Shown in pieces: positions 40,204 to 49,914 of a DNA stretch of 64,000 nucleotides; position 1 is the first letter of the stretch, and each line of letters begins with the position of its first letter. The notes below the pieces were generated by a model. The model searched no databases, was not told the DNA's origin, and saw nothing but the letters and a program-made list of their open reading frames with translations. Position numbers and translations under genes: made by a program. The stretch spans positions 315,128-379,127 of the forward strand of contig NZ_CBDIHY010000002.1 of assembly GCF_965279435.1 (NCBI RefSeq). Reading direction: 5' to 3'. The stretch comes from Pararhizobium sp. (lineage in GTDB: Bacteria; Pseudomonadota; Alphaproteobacteria; Rhizobiales; Rhizobiaceae).

Positions 40204-41150
40204 CATCCTTGAAAAAACTTCTTCTCGGCGAACAGGGACTGGTCGTCATTTTCGCCCTTGCCTTCGCGATCGTCTCGCTGACGGTTCCCAACTTCCTGAC
40301 CGAGCGCAACATGCTCGGCCTGCTGCAGTCGGTGGTCACCATCGGCATCGTTGCCTGCACCATGATGTTCTGCCTGGCGTCGCGCGACTTCGACCTTTCC
40401 GTCGGCTCGACGGTAGCGTTTTCCGGCATGATCGCCGTCATGGCGTCGAATGCCACTGGATCGATCGTTCTTGGCCTGCTTGCGGCGCTGGTTTGTGGCG
40501 GCTTTGTCGGCCTGGTCAACGGCGTCGTCATTGCCCGTTTTCGCATCAATGCGCTGATCACGACGCTGGCGACCATGCAGATCGTTCGCGGCCTGGCGTT
40601 AATCTCGTCAGACGGCCGCGCCGTCGGCATCAACGATTCCGGTTTCTACCAGCTGGCCCTGTCAAAATTCCTCGGTGTGCCGACACCGATCTGGGTCATG
40701 GGTATCCTCTTCCTCGCCTTCGGCTTTCTGCTGAACCGCACCGTCTTCGGCAAGAACACGCTGGCAATCGGCGGCAATCCCGAGGCTTCGCGGCTGGCCG
40801 GCGTCAACGTCGCCCGCATGCGCATCTGGATCTTCATGCTGCAGGGACTGGTCTGCGGCATCGCCGGCGTGCTGCTTGCCTCCCGGATCACCTCCGGCCA
40901 GCCGAATGCCGCAACTGGCCTTGAACTCTCGGTTATTTCGGCCTGTGTTCTCGGTGGCGTCTCGCTTGCTGGCGGTCGCGCTGCCATGGCTGGTGTCATC
41001 GTCGGTGTCCTGATCATGGGCATTGCCGAAAATGTCATGAACCTGCTCAACATCCAGGCCTTCTACCAATATGTAGTGCGCGGTTTGATCCTGTTGCTGG
41101 CGGTTCTGCTCGACAATCTGCGCTCCGTGGCCGCCGGCCGGCGTGGGTGA
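40200..41150 (+). CDS. araH: L-arabinose ABC transporter permease
   Basis: LASRDFDLSVGS and SRITSGQPN. Confidence 0.9.
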   Translation: MTSLKKLLLGEQGLVVIFALAFAIVSLTVPNFLTERNMLGLLQSVVTIGIVACTMMFCLASRDFDLSVGSTVAFSGMIAVMASNATGSIVLGLLAALVCGGFVGLVNGVVIARFRINALITTLATMQIVRGLALISSDGRAVGINDSGFYQLALSKFLGVPTPIWVMGILFLAFGFLLNRTVFGKNTLAIGGNPEASRLAGVNVARMRIWIFMLQGLVCGIAGVLLASRITSGQPNAATGLELSVISACVLGGVSLAGGRAAMAGVIVGVLIMGIAENVMNLLNIQAFYQYVVRGLILLLAVLLDNLRSVAAGRRG

Positions 41151-42039
41151 TCCGCGGATGGATCAGGACGTTCTGCATCTGCGGAATGGCGATCTCTCGG
41201 TAGACGTGAGCCGCTTCGGTGGCTCGCTTCTAACTGGAAGTTATCGCGGCGTCCCTTTCCTGAAGCCAACGACGACCGCCGGGCTCGCGTCGCACCGTTT
41301 CGGAGCCGAGGCAAGCTTTCCGCTCGTGCCCTACGGCAACCGGATCGAGGCGAACGCCTTCGATTTTTCGGGCAAGCATTTCTCGATGGTGCCCAACACA
41401 GCCGATCCTTATTGCCTGCATGGCGACGGCTGGCTTGCTGAATGGGAAATCCTGTCGCAATACGGCGGCGAAGCGGTGCTGCGGTATATCCATCGTCAAA
41501 ATCCGTCAGACCCGTATGCCTACGATGTCATCCAGACGGTGCGGCTCGATGGCGATGCGCTGACACTGGCGCTGACGGTCACCAACACCTCCTACGAACC
41601 GTTGCCGTTCGGGATCGGATTTCACCCCTTCTTTGCGCGCACACCGCAAACCCGCCTGAAGGCAAAGGCAAGCCGATTTTGGAGCGAACGTAGCGGGCAC
41701 TTGCCGGATGCTCCTACCTTAATCCCCAGACATCTGGACTTTACGGAAGCGGGTCCCCTTCCCCCGCACTGGATCAACAATGCCTATGATGGGTGGGACG
41801 CAAAGGCACGGATAGAGTGGCCGGAACACGGCCTTGGTCTTACGCTCACAGCCGAAGGCCCATTCGACTGCTTCATGATCTATTCGCCGGATGCCGACGC
41901 CGGCTTTTTCTGCTTCGAACCGATGACCCACCTGCCCAATGCCCACAACATGCCGTCAAGCGCAGGGCTGGTGACGCTGGAGCATGGCCAAAGCCTGACC
42001 GGTCGCATCGCCCTATGTCCGGCGGTGTTGCCGGCTTGA
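41143..42039 (+). CDS. Aldose 1-epimerase family protein
   Basis: PLVPYGNRI, LHGDGW, GFHPFF and FCFEPMTH. An alternative start at 41158 is possible. Confidence 0.88.
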   Translation: MGDPRMDQDVLHLRNGDLSVDVSRFGGSLLTGSYRGVPFLKPTTTAGLASHRFGAEASFPLVPYGNRIEANAFDFSGKHFSMVPNTADPYCLHGDGWLAEWEILSQYGGEAVLRYIHRQNPSDPYAYDVIQTVRLDGDALTLALTVTNTSYEPLPFGIGFHPFFARTPQTRLKAKASRFWSERSGHLPDAPTLIPRHLDFTEAGPLPPHWINNAYDGWDAKARIEWPEHGLGLTLTAEGPFDCFMIYSPDADAGFFCFEPMTHLPNAHNMPSSAGLVTLEHGQSLTGRIALCPAVLPA

Positions 42040-42190
42040 AGACTTCGCGTCTTGATCCCCGAATTTCAGGCGGTTGGGCCTTCCTGAAGGCTCATCTGTA
42101 AAGAACGCCTGTTCTCCCTCCCCAATGGCCTTTGCTGTCTTCCCGCGAATGGGCTATGGCGCTCATGTACTGGCATGCCTCATATTTCGA

Positions 42191-42204
42191 AGTAAAAATT
42201 TACT
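42191..42204. promoter_or_regulatory. Operator AGTAAA-N2-TTTACT upstream of the LacI-family regulator
   Basis: Perfect 6-bp arms; a related site lies at 43344-43357. Resembles EbgR/LacR-type LacI operators. Confidence 0.6.
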
Positions 42205-42270
42205 GAAACCATTTCGGAAATTTGTCGAATATGGCAGAGTGCGGTGCTTGAAAAGAACGGAATGACGGGC

Positions 42271-43317
42271 ATGGTAACGATCAAGGAAATCGCCAAGGCG
42301 GTCGGCGTGTCTTCTGCCACCGTGTCGCGGGTACTGAATTACGACCCGGTGTTGTCGATTTCCCCAACCAAGCGACAGGCGATCATCGAGACCGCCGAGG
42401 CGCTGAACTACGAGACGCCGCGCAATCGCAACAAGGCCAATGGGGCAACGGCGCCCAGCCCATTGACCAAACTTGTCATCGTCCACTTCCTGGAGCCATC
42501 CGACGAGATCGCCGATCCATACTATGTCGGCGTCCGGCTCGGCATCGAAACCCGCTGCCGGGATCTCAAGACGGAGATTGTCAAAGTCTTCCACTCCGAC
42601 GCGCTGCCCGAGGCTGGGCTGCTCGAAAGCGCCTCCGGCGTCATCGTCATTGGCAAGCATTCCGACAACGAGATCACATGGCTGAGCGGCCATGCGCGAC
42701 ATGTCGTCTTTGCCGATTTCGATCCCGGCCGAGATTGGATCGACAGCGTTTTCTCCGACATGGGTCTTGCGACGCTGAAAATCCTCGATTCTCTGAAATC
42801 CAGCGGCTACAGCCGGATAGGGTTCATCGGTAGCCACGAGAGCCTCAATGGTAGCGTGCAGCGCTTCGCCGAACGGCGCTGCGCGGCATATATCGACTGG
42901 CAGAAGAAAAAAAATACATTTGATCCTGCCTTGCTGGCGCTCGCCGATTGCTCAGGCGGGCAGAGCTTGAGACTTGAAACCGGCTACCGCCTTGCCCGCG
43001 AGCTTCTGGCTCTGGCAGAGCGGCCGGACGTCATCGTAACCTCGAACGACAACATGGCAATTGGCGCCTATCGTGCCATTCAAGAAGCCGGTCTTTCGAT
43101 CCCGAGCGATATTGCCGTCATCTCGTACAACGACATTCCCGTCGCACAGTTTCTGACGCCGCCGCTCACCACCGTGCGGATCCACGGTGAGCATATCGGC
43201 GAGACCGCCGTCGATCTGCTCCTGGAGCGCCTTTCCGGCCGCAGCTACGGGAAGCAGGTTCGCATCGCCACAGAGCTGATTTGGCGGAACAGTTGCCGCA
43301 AGCCGCTGGAATTGTAG
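42271..43317 (+). CDS. LacI family regulator of the lactose operon (EbgR/LacR-like)
   Basis: TIKEIAKAVGVSSATVSRVLN and TPPLTTVRI. Confidence 0.92.
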   Translation: MVTIKEIAKAVGVSSATVSRVLNYDPVLSISPTKRQAIIETAEALNYETPRNRNKANGATAPSPLTKLVIVHFLEPSDEIADPYYVGVRLGIETRCRDLKTEIVKVFHSDALPEAGLLESASGVIVIGKHSDNEITWLSGHARHVVFADFDPGRDWIDSVFSDMGLATLKILDSLKSSGYSRIGFIGSHESLNGSVQRFAERRCAAYIDWQKKKNTFDPALLALADCSGGQSLRLETGYRLARELLALAERPDVIVTSNDNMAIGAYRAIQEAGLSIPSDIAVISYNDIPVAQFLTPPLTTVRIHGEHIGETAVDLLLERLSGRSYGKQVRIATELIWRNSCRKPLEL

Positions 43318-43343
43318 CGCTTTCTTGTGCTTGGTAATAACGA

Positions 43344-43357
43344 GATAAATATTTACT
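43344..43357. promoter_or_regulatory. Operator-like GATAAA-TA-TTTACT upstream of lacE
   Basis: Matches the 42191 site at 10 of 12 arm positions. Confidence 0.5.
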
Positions 43358-43452
43358 AAATTTCTGTTGCGTGTTTTCCCAAATTCGGTAAATCTTGTGT
43401 GGCTGGCAGGAGAGGAGAACCCTGCCCCATTAGAGTTTCTTGGGAGGAAACG

Positions 43453-44721
43453 ATGTATCACAGGACGATTCTGTCGCGCTTTGTGGCTGGTGCCCTTGCC
43501 GGCGCAAGCCTTTTTGCATCCACGGCTGCTTTTGCAGGCGAAGTCACCATCTGGTGCTGGGACCCGAATTTCAACGTTGCCATCATGAAGGAAGCTGCCG
43601 CGCGTTACACGGCGCAGCATCCCGACACCACGTTTAACATCGTCGATTTCGCCAAGGCCGACGTCGAGCAGAAGCTGCAGACCGCACTTGCTTCCGGCAC
43701 GACGGACGCGCTGCCGGACATTGTCCTGATCGAGGATTACGGCGCGCAGAAATATCTCCAATCTTTCCCCGGCGCTTTCGCCGAGCTTTCCAGCAAGATC
43801 GATTTTTCCGGGTTCGCTCCCTACAAGGTTCAGCTGATGACGGTCGATGGGGCCGTTTACGGCATGCCATTCGATTCCGGCGTTACCGGCCTTTACTACC
43901 GAAAAGACTATATCGAACAGGCCGGCTTCAAGCCGGAGGACATGCAGAACCTCACCTGGGACCGCTTCATCGAGATCGGCAAGCAGGTGGAGGCCAAGAC
44001 CGGCAAGAAGATGCTTGGCCTGGATGTCAACGACGCCGGCTTCATCCGTATCCTGATGCAGTCCGCCGGCGGCTGGTATTTCGACAAGGACGGCGCGCTG
44101 TCCATCGAGGGTAATCCGGCGCTGAAGGCAGCCCTTGAAACCGAACAGAAGATCCTGCAGGCAGGCATCTACAAGCCGGCCGCCGGCTGGACCGAGTGGG
44201 TCGGAACCTTCACCACGGGCGATGTCGCGACTGTAACGACGGGCGTCTGGATTACCGGCACCGTCAAGGCGCAGGCTGACCAGTCCGGCAAGTGGGGCGT
44301 CGCGCCGATACCCAAACTTAATGTCGAGGGCGCTTCGAATGCCTCGAACCTCGGCGGGTCGAGCTGGTACGTCACCGCGAATTCCGCAGAAAAAGACGAG
44401 GCGATCGACTTTCTGAACGAAGTCTACGCCAAGGACATCGATTTCTATCAGAAGATTCTGACCGAGCGGGGCGCCGTCGGTTCACTGCTCGCCGCGCGCA
44501 CCGGCAAGGCTTACTCGGAAGCCGATCCATTCTTCGGTGGTGAAAAGGTCTGGCAGAATTTTTCCGACTGGCTGGTGAAAGTTCCCGCCGTCAACTATGG
44601 CGTTTTCACCAACGAGGTGGACACGGCCGTGACGGCACATTTGCCCTCCCTCGGACAGGGAACTCCAGTTGACGATGTGCTCAAGGCAATCGACAGCCAG
44701 GCGCAGGGCCAGATTCAGTAA
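43453..44721 (+). CDS. lacE: Lactose ABC transporter substrate-binding protein
   Basis: Signal peptide; ITIWCWDPNFN-type N-terminus (VTIWCWDPNFN); first gene of the ABC/beta-galactosidase operon. Confidence 0.8.
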   Translation: MYHRTILSRFVAGALAGASLFASTAAFAGEVTIWCWDPNFNVAIMKEAAARYTAQHPDTTFNIVDFAKADVEQKLQTALASGTTDALPDIVLIEDYGAQKYLQSFPGAFAELSSKIDFSGFAPYKVQLMTVDGAVYGMPFDSGVTGLYYRKDYIEQAGFKPEDMQNLTWDRFIEIGKQVEAKTGKKMLGLDVNDAGFIRILMQSAGGWYFDKDGALSIEGNPALKAALETEQKILQAGIYKPAAGWTEWVGTFTTGDVATVTTGVWITGTVKAQADQSGKWGVAPIPKLNVEGASNASNLGGSSWYVTANSAEKDEAIDFLNEVYAKDIDFYQKILTERGAVGSLLAARTGKAYSEADPFFGGEKVWQNFSDWLVKVPAVNYGVFTNEVDTAVTAHLPSLGQGTPVDDVLKAIDSQAQGQIQ

Positions 44722-44827
44722 AAATCCTCCCCGGCTGGCGGTCGCCGCCCGCCTCTCTCCCGGAATGTCGCGCGTCCCTTGGCGCGTGGCATTCCGGTCC
44801 TTGTCCCTTGGCAATGAAGGTCGTCCC

Positions 44828-45724
44828 ATGGCTGCCGGCAAAACAGGCGGGTTGAAACGCTATTATGATCTGAATGGCTGGCTGTTCATCGCCCCTTCGC
44901 TGCTTCTGATCTCAGTATTCCTTGTCTTTCCAATTTTGCGTTCGCTCTATCTGTCATTCTTTTCCGGCAAGGGCATGATGATGAAGTTTGCCGGCTTCGG
45001 AAACGTGGTCCGGCTGTGGAACGATCCGGTATTCCTCCAGGCACTGAAAAACACCGTCACCTTCTTCGTGGTGCAGGTGCCGATCATGATCGTGCTGGCG
45101 CTGCTGCTTGCCTCCGTGCTCAACAATGACCGGTTGAAATTTATCGGCTTTTTCCGCACGGCGATTTTCCTGCCCTGCGTCGCCTCGCTGGTCGCCTATT
45201 CGGTTCTGTTCAAGAGCATGTTTTCGGTCGATGGCGTCGTGAACCAGGCCCTGTTCGCGATTGGCTTCATTGACACACCCATAGGCTGGCTGACGGAACC
45301 CTTCTGGGCCAAGGTTCTGGTGATCCTTGCCATCACCTGGCGCTGGACCGGATACAACATGATTTTCTATCTGGCAGCGCTCCAGAACATCGACAAGTCG
45401 ATCTATGAGGCGGCGCGGATTGACGGCGTGCCGGCATGGGCGCGGTTTCTCTACATCACAGTGCCCATGTTGAAGCCAGTGATCCTCTTCACCACGATCA
45501 TCTCGACGATCGGCACGATCCAGCTTTTCGACGAAGTCTACAACCTCACCGAGGGACGCGGTGGCCCGGCAAACGCGACCATCACGCTATCGCTCTACAT
45601 CTATAATCTGACCTTCCGCTTCATGCCGAGTTTCGGCTATGCGGCGACGATCTCCTACGTCATCGTGCTCATGGTGGCTCTCTTGTCCTTCCTGCAGTTC
45701 TATGCCGCGAGGGACCGCTCATGA
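44828..45724 (+). CDS. lacF: Lactose ABC transporter permease
   Basis: TWRWTGYNMIFYLAALQNIDKSIYEAARIDG. Confidence 0.82.
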   Translation: MAAGKTGGLKRYYDLNGWLFIAPSLLLISVFLVFPILRSLYLSFFSGKGMMMKFAGFGNVVRLWNDPVFLQALKNTVTFFVVQVPIMIVLALLLASVLNNDRLKFIGFFRTAIFLPCVASLVAYSVLFKSMFSVDGVVNQALFAIGFIDTPIGWLTEPFWAKVLVILAITWRWTGYNMIFYLAALQNIDKSIYEAARIDGVPAWARFLYITVPMLKPVILFTTIISTIGTIQLFDEVYNLTEGRGGPANATITLSLYIYNLTFRFMPSFGYAATISYVIVLMVALLSFLQFYAARDRS

Positions 45725-46536
45725 ACATCTCGCGCATCCTGACAACGGCGTCGCAATACGTTTTCCTTGGTGTCGCGGCTTTCCTGTCGCTGTTCCCGTT
45801 CCTCTGGATGGTAATCAGTTCGACGAACACCTCGATCGACATTATCAGCGGCCGGATGGGGTTGGGCGACGCCTTGCGCACCAATGTCGTGAATTTCTTC
45901 ACGCTGGTCGATGTGCCACTGGTTTTCTGGAATTCGGCGAAAGTCGCCGTACTCGCGACACTGCTGACGATCCTCGTTTCATCGCTCGCAGGTTATGGCT
46001 TCGAGATGTTTAAATCGAAGGCACGCGACCGGATCTATTCGCTCGTGCTCTTGACGCTGATGGTCCCCTTTGCCGCGCTGATGATCCCGCTGTTCATGAT
46101 GATGGCAAAGACAGGCCTGATCAACACGCATGTCGCCATCATGCTGCCGACGATCGCCTCTGCCTTCATCATTTTCTACTTCCGCCAGTCGACCAAAGCA
46201 TTTCCGACGGAGCTGCGGGATGCTGCCAAGGTGGACGGGCTCAAGGAATGGCAGATTTTCCTCTACATCTATGTTCCGGTAATGCGCTCAACCTATGCGG
46301 CCGCCTTCGTGATCGTTTTCATGGTCAACTGGAACAACTACCTCTGGCCGCTCATCGTCCTTCAATCGAATGACACCAAGACGATTACGCTCGTCGTCTC
46401 CTCGCTCGCCTCGGCCTATTACCCCGATTACGGCGTGGTCATGATCGGCACGATCCTCGCCACGCTCCCCACCCTCCTCGTCTTCTTCGTCATGCAGCGC
46501 CAGTTCGTCCAAGGCATGCTGGGCTCAGTGAAATAG
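45721..46536 (+). CDS. lacG: Lactose ABC transporter permease
   Basis: FPTELRDAAKVDG and WNNYLWPL. Confidence 0.82.
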   Translation: MNISRILTTASQYVFLGVAAFLSLFPFLWMVISSTNTSIDIISGRMGLGDALRTNVVNFFTLVDVPLVFWNSAKVAVLATLLTILVSSLAGYGFEMFKSKARDRIYSLVLLTLMVPFAALMIPLFMMMAKTGLINTHVAIMLPTIASAFIIFYFRQSTKAFPTELRDAAKVDGLKEWQIFLYIYVPVMRSTYAAAFVIVFMVNWNNYLWPLIVLQSNDTKTITLVVSSLASAYYPDYGVVMIGTILATLPTLLVFFVMQRQFVQGMLGSVK

Positions 46537-46548
46537 GAAATTCCGTCA

Positions 46549-48795
46549 ATGCGCATTACAGAAGGTTTCAACGGAAACTGGATTTTCAGCCACGGCTTCG
46601 ATCAGGCCAGCGTCAACAGCCCGCAGCCGGGCGAAACGGTACGCCTGCCGCACAGCGCCGTTGAACTGCCTTACAATTATTTCGACGAGACCGAATACCA
46701 GAAGCCCTTCACCTATCAGAAGCGCTTTGAGTGGCGGCCGGAATTCGAGGGCCGCGAAGTATCGCTGGTCTTCGATGCGGCGATGGCCGACAGCGTCGTT
46801 TATCTCAACGGCAAGGAAATCATCGCCCACAAGGATGGCTACACGCCGTTCGAGGCCCGGCTGACACCGCATCTGAAGCGTGGCGAAAACCTGGTTACCG
46901 TAAAGGTCGACGGTTCGGAAAACCCCGAAATCCCGCCGTTCGGCGGCCAGATCGACTACCTTTGCTATGCCGGCATCTACCGCGATGTCTGGCTGAAGAT
47001 CGCAAGCCCGGTCTCGATCGCAAACGTCAAGATCGAAACGCCGGATGCCCTTGCTGAAGTGAAGACAGCGACGGTGCGCGTCTTCCTCGCCAACCCGCAA
47101 GGCCTCAGCCTCTCCGGCACGCTTGCTGCAAAAATCCGCCGGCCGGGCGGCGGCGAAGTCGCTTCCGCGACAGTGACCGTGAGCGGCAAAGAAGCCTTCC
47201 TGACTTTCTCGGATCTTTCCGGCATCGACCTGTGGGATCTCGACAACCCCATTCTCTATGCCCTGTCGCTCAAGCTGGAAACGGAACATGGCGAAGACGT
47301 CCTGACCCGTCGTTTTGGCTTTCGCACCGCGCAATTCACGCCGGATGGTTTCCTCCTCAACGGCAAACTGCTGAAACTGCGTGGCCTCAACCGTCACCAG
47401 GCCTGGCCACACACGGGTTATGCGATGGGACGCCGGGCGCAGGAAAAAGATGCCGACATCCTGAAATATGAACTCGCATGCAACATCGTGCGCACCTCGC
47501 ACTACCCGCAGTCGAAGTGGTTCCTCGACCGCTGCGACGAGATCGGTCTGCTCTGCTTCGAGGAGATCCCCGGCTGGCAGCATATCGGCGGCGAAGCCTG
47601 GCAACAGGAATCGATCGAAAACGTCCGCCGCATGATCGAGCGCGACTGGAACCACCCCTCGATCATCATCTGGGGCGTCCGCATCAATGAAAGCCAGGAC
47701 AACCACGCCTTTTACGCCGAGACGAACCGGCTGGCGCGCGAACTCGACCCGTCACGCCAGACCGGCGGAGTTCGCTTCATCACCAATTCGGAGATGCTGG
47801 AAGACGTCTACACGATGAACGATTTCATTCTCGGCCAGGAGGAAATGCCGGGCAACAATCGCGGCCGGGTCGTCCTGCGCGACCGGGTGGAGACAACCGG
47901 CATTACCAAGCCGATCCCCTACATGATCACCGAGTATAACGGCCACATGTATCCGACAAAACGCTTCGACCAGGAGCAGCGCCAGGCCGAGCATGTCACC
48001 CGTCACCTGCTGATCCTCAATGCCGTGGCCGGTGATACGAATATCTCCGGCTCCACCGGTTGGTGCATGTTCGACTACAACACCCACAAGGACTTCGGCT
48101 CCGGCGACCGCATCTGCTATCACGGTGTGCTCGACATGTACCGCATCCCGAAACTCGCTGCTTACGCCTACTCGTCGCAGGGCGATCCGAAGGACAATGT
48201 CGTGCTGCAGCCGGTGACGTTCTGGGCGCGCGGCGAGCGCAATATTGGTGGTGTGCTGCCGCTGATCATCCTGACCAACTGCGATTATATCGATGTGAAG
48301 TTTGGAGAGTGGCCAGCCAAACGCATCTATCCCGACACGGAAAATTATCCGCATCTGCCGCATCCGCCCGTGGTACTCGACCTGCGCACCGTGACGCCCG
48401 AGGAATTCGGCACCTGGGGGCGCGTCTGGCGCGAAGGCACGCTGACAGGGTTTGTCGATGGCAATCCCGTGAAGACGATCACCATGCCCGCCGATCCCGT
48501 ACCAACCACACTGGACGTCACACCCGACGAGACGGTGTTGCGCCGTGGCGAGAAGGATGCCGTTCGTGTTGTTGTCCGCGCGCTCGATCAGTGCGGCAAT
48601 CTGCTGCCGTTCTTTGAAGAGCCGGTGTCGCTGGCGCTTGAAGGCCCCGGCCGCATCATCGGCCCTATCGACCACACGCTCAAAGGCGGCGCCACGGGGT
48701 TTTGGGTGGAAGCCGGCGACGAGCCGGGTGTGCTCAACCTTACGGTCAAAAGCCACCGCTTCGACACCCAGACCATCACCTTCACGATCAACTGA
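46549..48795 (+). CDS. lacZ: GH2 beta-galactosidase
   Basis: YAGIYRDV, RGLNRHQ, NIVRTSHYPQ, WGVRINE (acid/base) and ITEYNGH (nucleophile). Confidence 0.9.
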   Translation: MRITEGFNGNWIFSHGFDQASVNSPQPGETVRLPHSAVELPYNYFDETEYQKPFTYQKRFEWRPEFEGREVSLVFDAAMADSVVYLNGKEIIAHKDGYTPFEARLTPHLKRGENLVTVKVDGSENPEIPPFGGQIDYLCYAGIYRDVWLKIASPVSIANVKIETPDALAEVKTATVRVFLANPQGLSLSGTLAAKIRRPGGGEVASATVTVSGKEAFLTFSDLSGIDLWDLDNPILYALSLKLETEHGEDVLTRRFGFRTAQFTPDGFLLNGKLLKLRGLNRHQAWPHTGYAMGRRAQEKDADILKYELACNIVRTSHYPQSKWFLDRCDEIGLLCFEEIPGWQHIGGEAWQQESIENVRRMIERDWNHPSIIIWGVRINESQDNHAFYAETNRLARELDPSRQTGGVRFITNSEMLEDVYTMNDFILGQEEMPGNNRGRVVLRDRVETTGITKPIPYMITEYNGHMYPTKRFDQEQRQAEHVTRHLLILNAVAGDTNISGSTGWCMFDYNTHKDFGSGDRICYHGVLDMYRIPKLAAYAYSSQGDPKDNVVLQPVTFWARGERNIGGVLPLIILTNCDYIDVKFGEWPAKRIYPDTENYPHLPHPPVVLDLRTVTPEEFGTWGRVWREGTLTGFVDGNPVKTITMPADPVPTTLDVTPDETVLRRGEKDAVRVVVRALDQCGNLLPFFEEPVSLALEGPGRIIGPIDHTLKGGATGFWVEAGDEPGVLNLTVKSHRFDTQTITFTIN

Positions 48796-48804
48796 GAAGC
48801 TCCC

Positions 48805-49893
48805 ATGGCCGATGTTCGCCTGACCGACATACGCAAAAACTTCGGCGCCCTGGAGATCATCAAGGGCGTGGACCTCTCGATCAAGACTGGCGAGTTCGTT
48901 GTCTTCGTCGGGCCGTCCGGTTGCGGAAAATCGACCCTGCTGCGGATGATCGCCGGCCTTGAAGACATTACGTCCGGCGAACTGACGATCGGCGGGACAC
49001 GGATGAACGATGTCGATCCGTCCAAGCGCGGCATCGCCATGGTTTTTCAATCCTATGCGCTTTATCCGCACATGACGGTGCGCGAGAACATGGGTTTTGC
49101 CCTGAAATTCGCCGGCATGGCCAAAGAGGAAATCGCCCGGCGCGTCAACGATGCCGCCCGCATCCTTGAGCTGGGTCCGCTGATGGAGCGGAAGCCGAAG
49201 GCGCTGTCGGGTGGCCAGCGCCAACGTGTCGCCATCGGCCGCGCCATTGTGCGCAACCCGGACGTCTTCCTCTTCGACGAACCGCTCTCAAACCTCGATG
49301 CCGAATTGCGTGTGCATATGCGCGTTGAAATTGCCAAGCTGCACAAGGCGCTGAAATCGACAGTCATCTACGTGACGCATGACCAGGTGGAGGCAATGAC
49401 GCTTGCCGACAAGATCGTCGTCTTGCGGGCCGGTGTGGTCGAGCAGGTCGGGGCGCCGCTCGACCTCTACGATGACCCAGCCAATACCTTTGTCGCCGGC
49501 TTCATCGGCTCGCCGCGCATGAATTTTCTGAAAGCCCGGATTATCGCCGTCGAGGCAGGGCGTGCCGGTATAGTGCTTGTCGAGCAGCCAGATGTGAAGC
49601 TCAGCCTGCCGCTGACCCCATCGTCGCTTAATCCCGGTGACAATGTCAGTCTCGGTGTTCGGCCGGAGCATTTTCTTGGAGCCGGAATGGGCGATGCCGA
49701 CCTGACGCTTGAAGTCGATGTTGCCGAGCATCTTGGCAATACGAGCTACGTCTATGCCCACATCTCCCCAGAGGAGCGGATCATCGTCGAGCATGAGGGA
49801 TTCCGCGGGGCAAGCTCCAGGGACAAGCTGACTGTCGGCCTTTCGGCGGAAAAATCCTTCCTCTTCGACAGCACCGGAAATCGTATTCGATAA
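48805..49893 (+). CDS. lacK: Lactose ABC transporter ATP-binding protein
   Basis: [17 protein letters not shown] and DEPLSNLD; follows lacZ. Confidence 0.88.
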   Translation: MADVRLTDIRKNFGALEIIKGVDLSIKTGEFVVFVGPSGCGKSTLLRMIAGLEDITSGELTIGGTRMNDVDPSKRGIAMVFQSYALYPHMTVRENMGFALKFAGMAKEEIARRVNDAARILELGPLMERKPKALSGGQRQRVAIGRAIVRNPDVFLFDEPLSNLDAELRVHMRVEIAKLHKALKSTVIYVTHDQVEAMTLADKIVVLRAGVVEQVGAPLDLYDDPANTFVAGFIGSPRMNFLKARIIAVEAGRAGIVLVEQPDVKLSLPLTPSSLNPGDNVSLGVRPEHFLGAGMGDADLTLEVDVAEHLGNTSYVYAHISPEERIIVEHEGFRGASSRDKLTVGLSAEKSFLFDSTGNRIR

Positions 49894-49914
49894 AGACATT
49901 TGGAGGCGGCCGCC

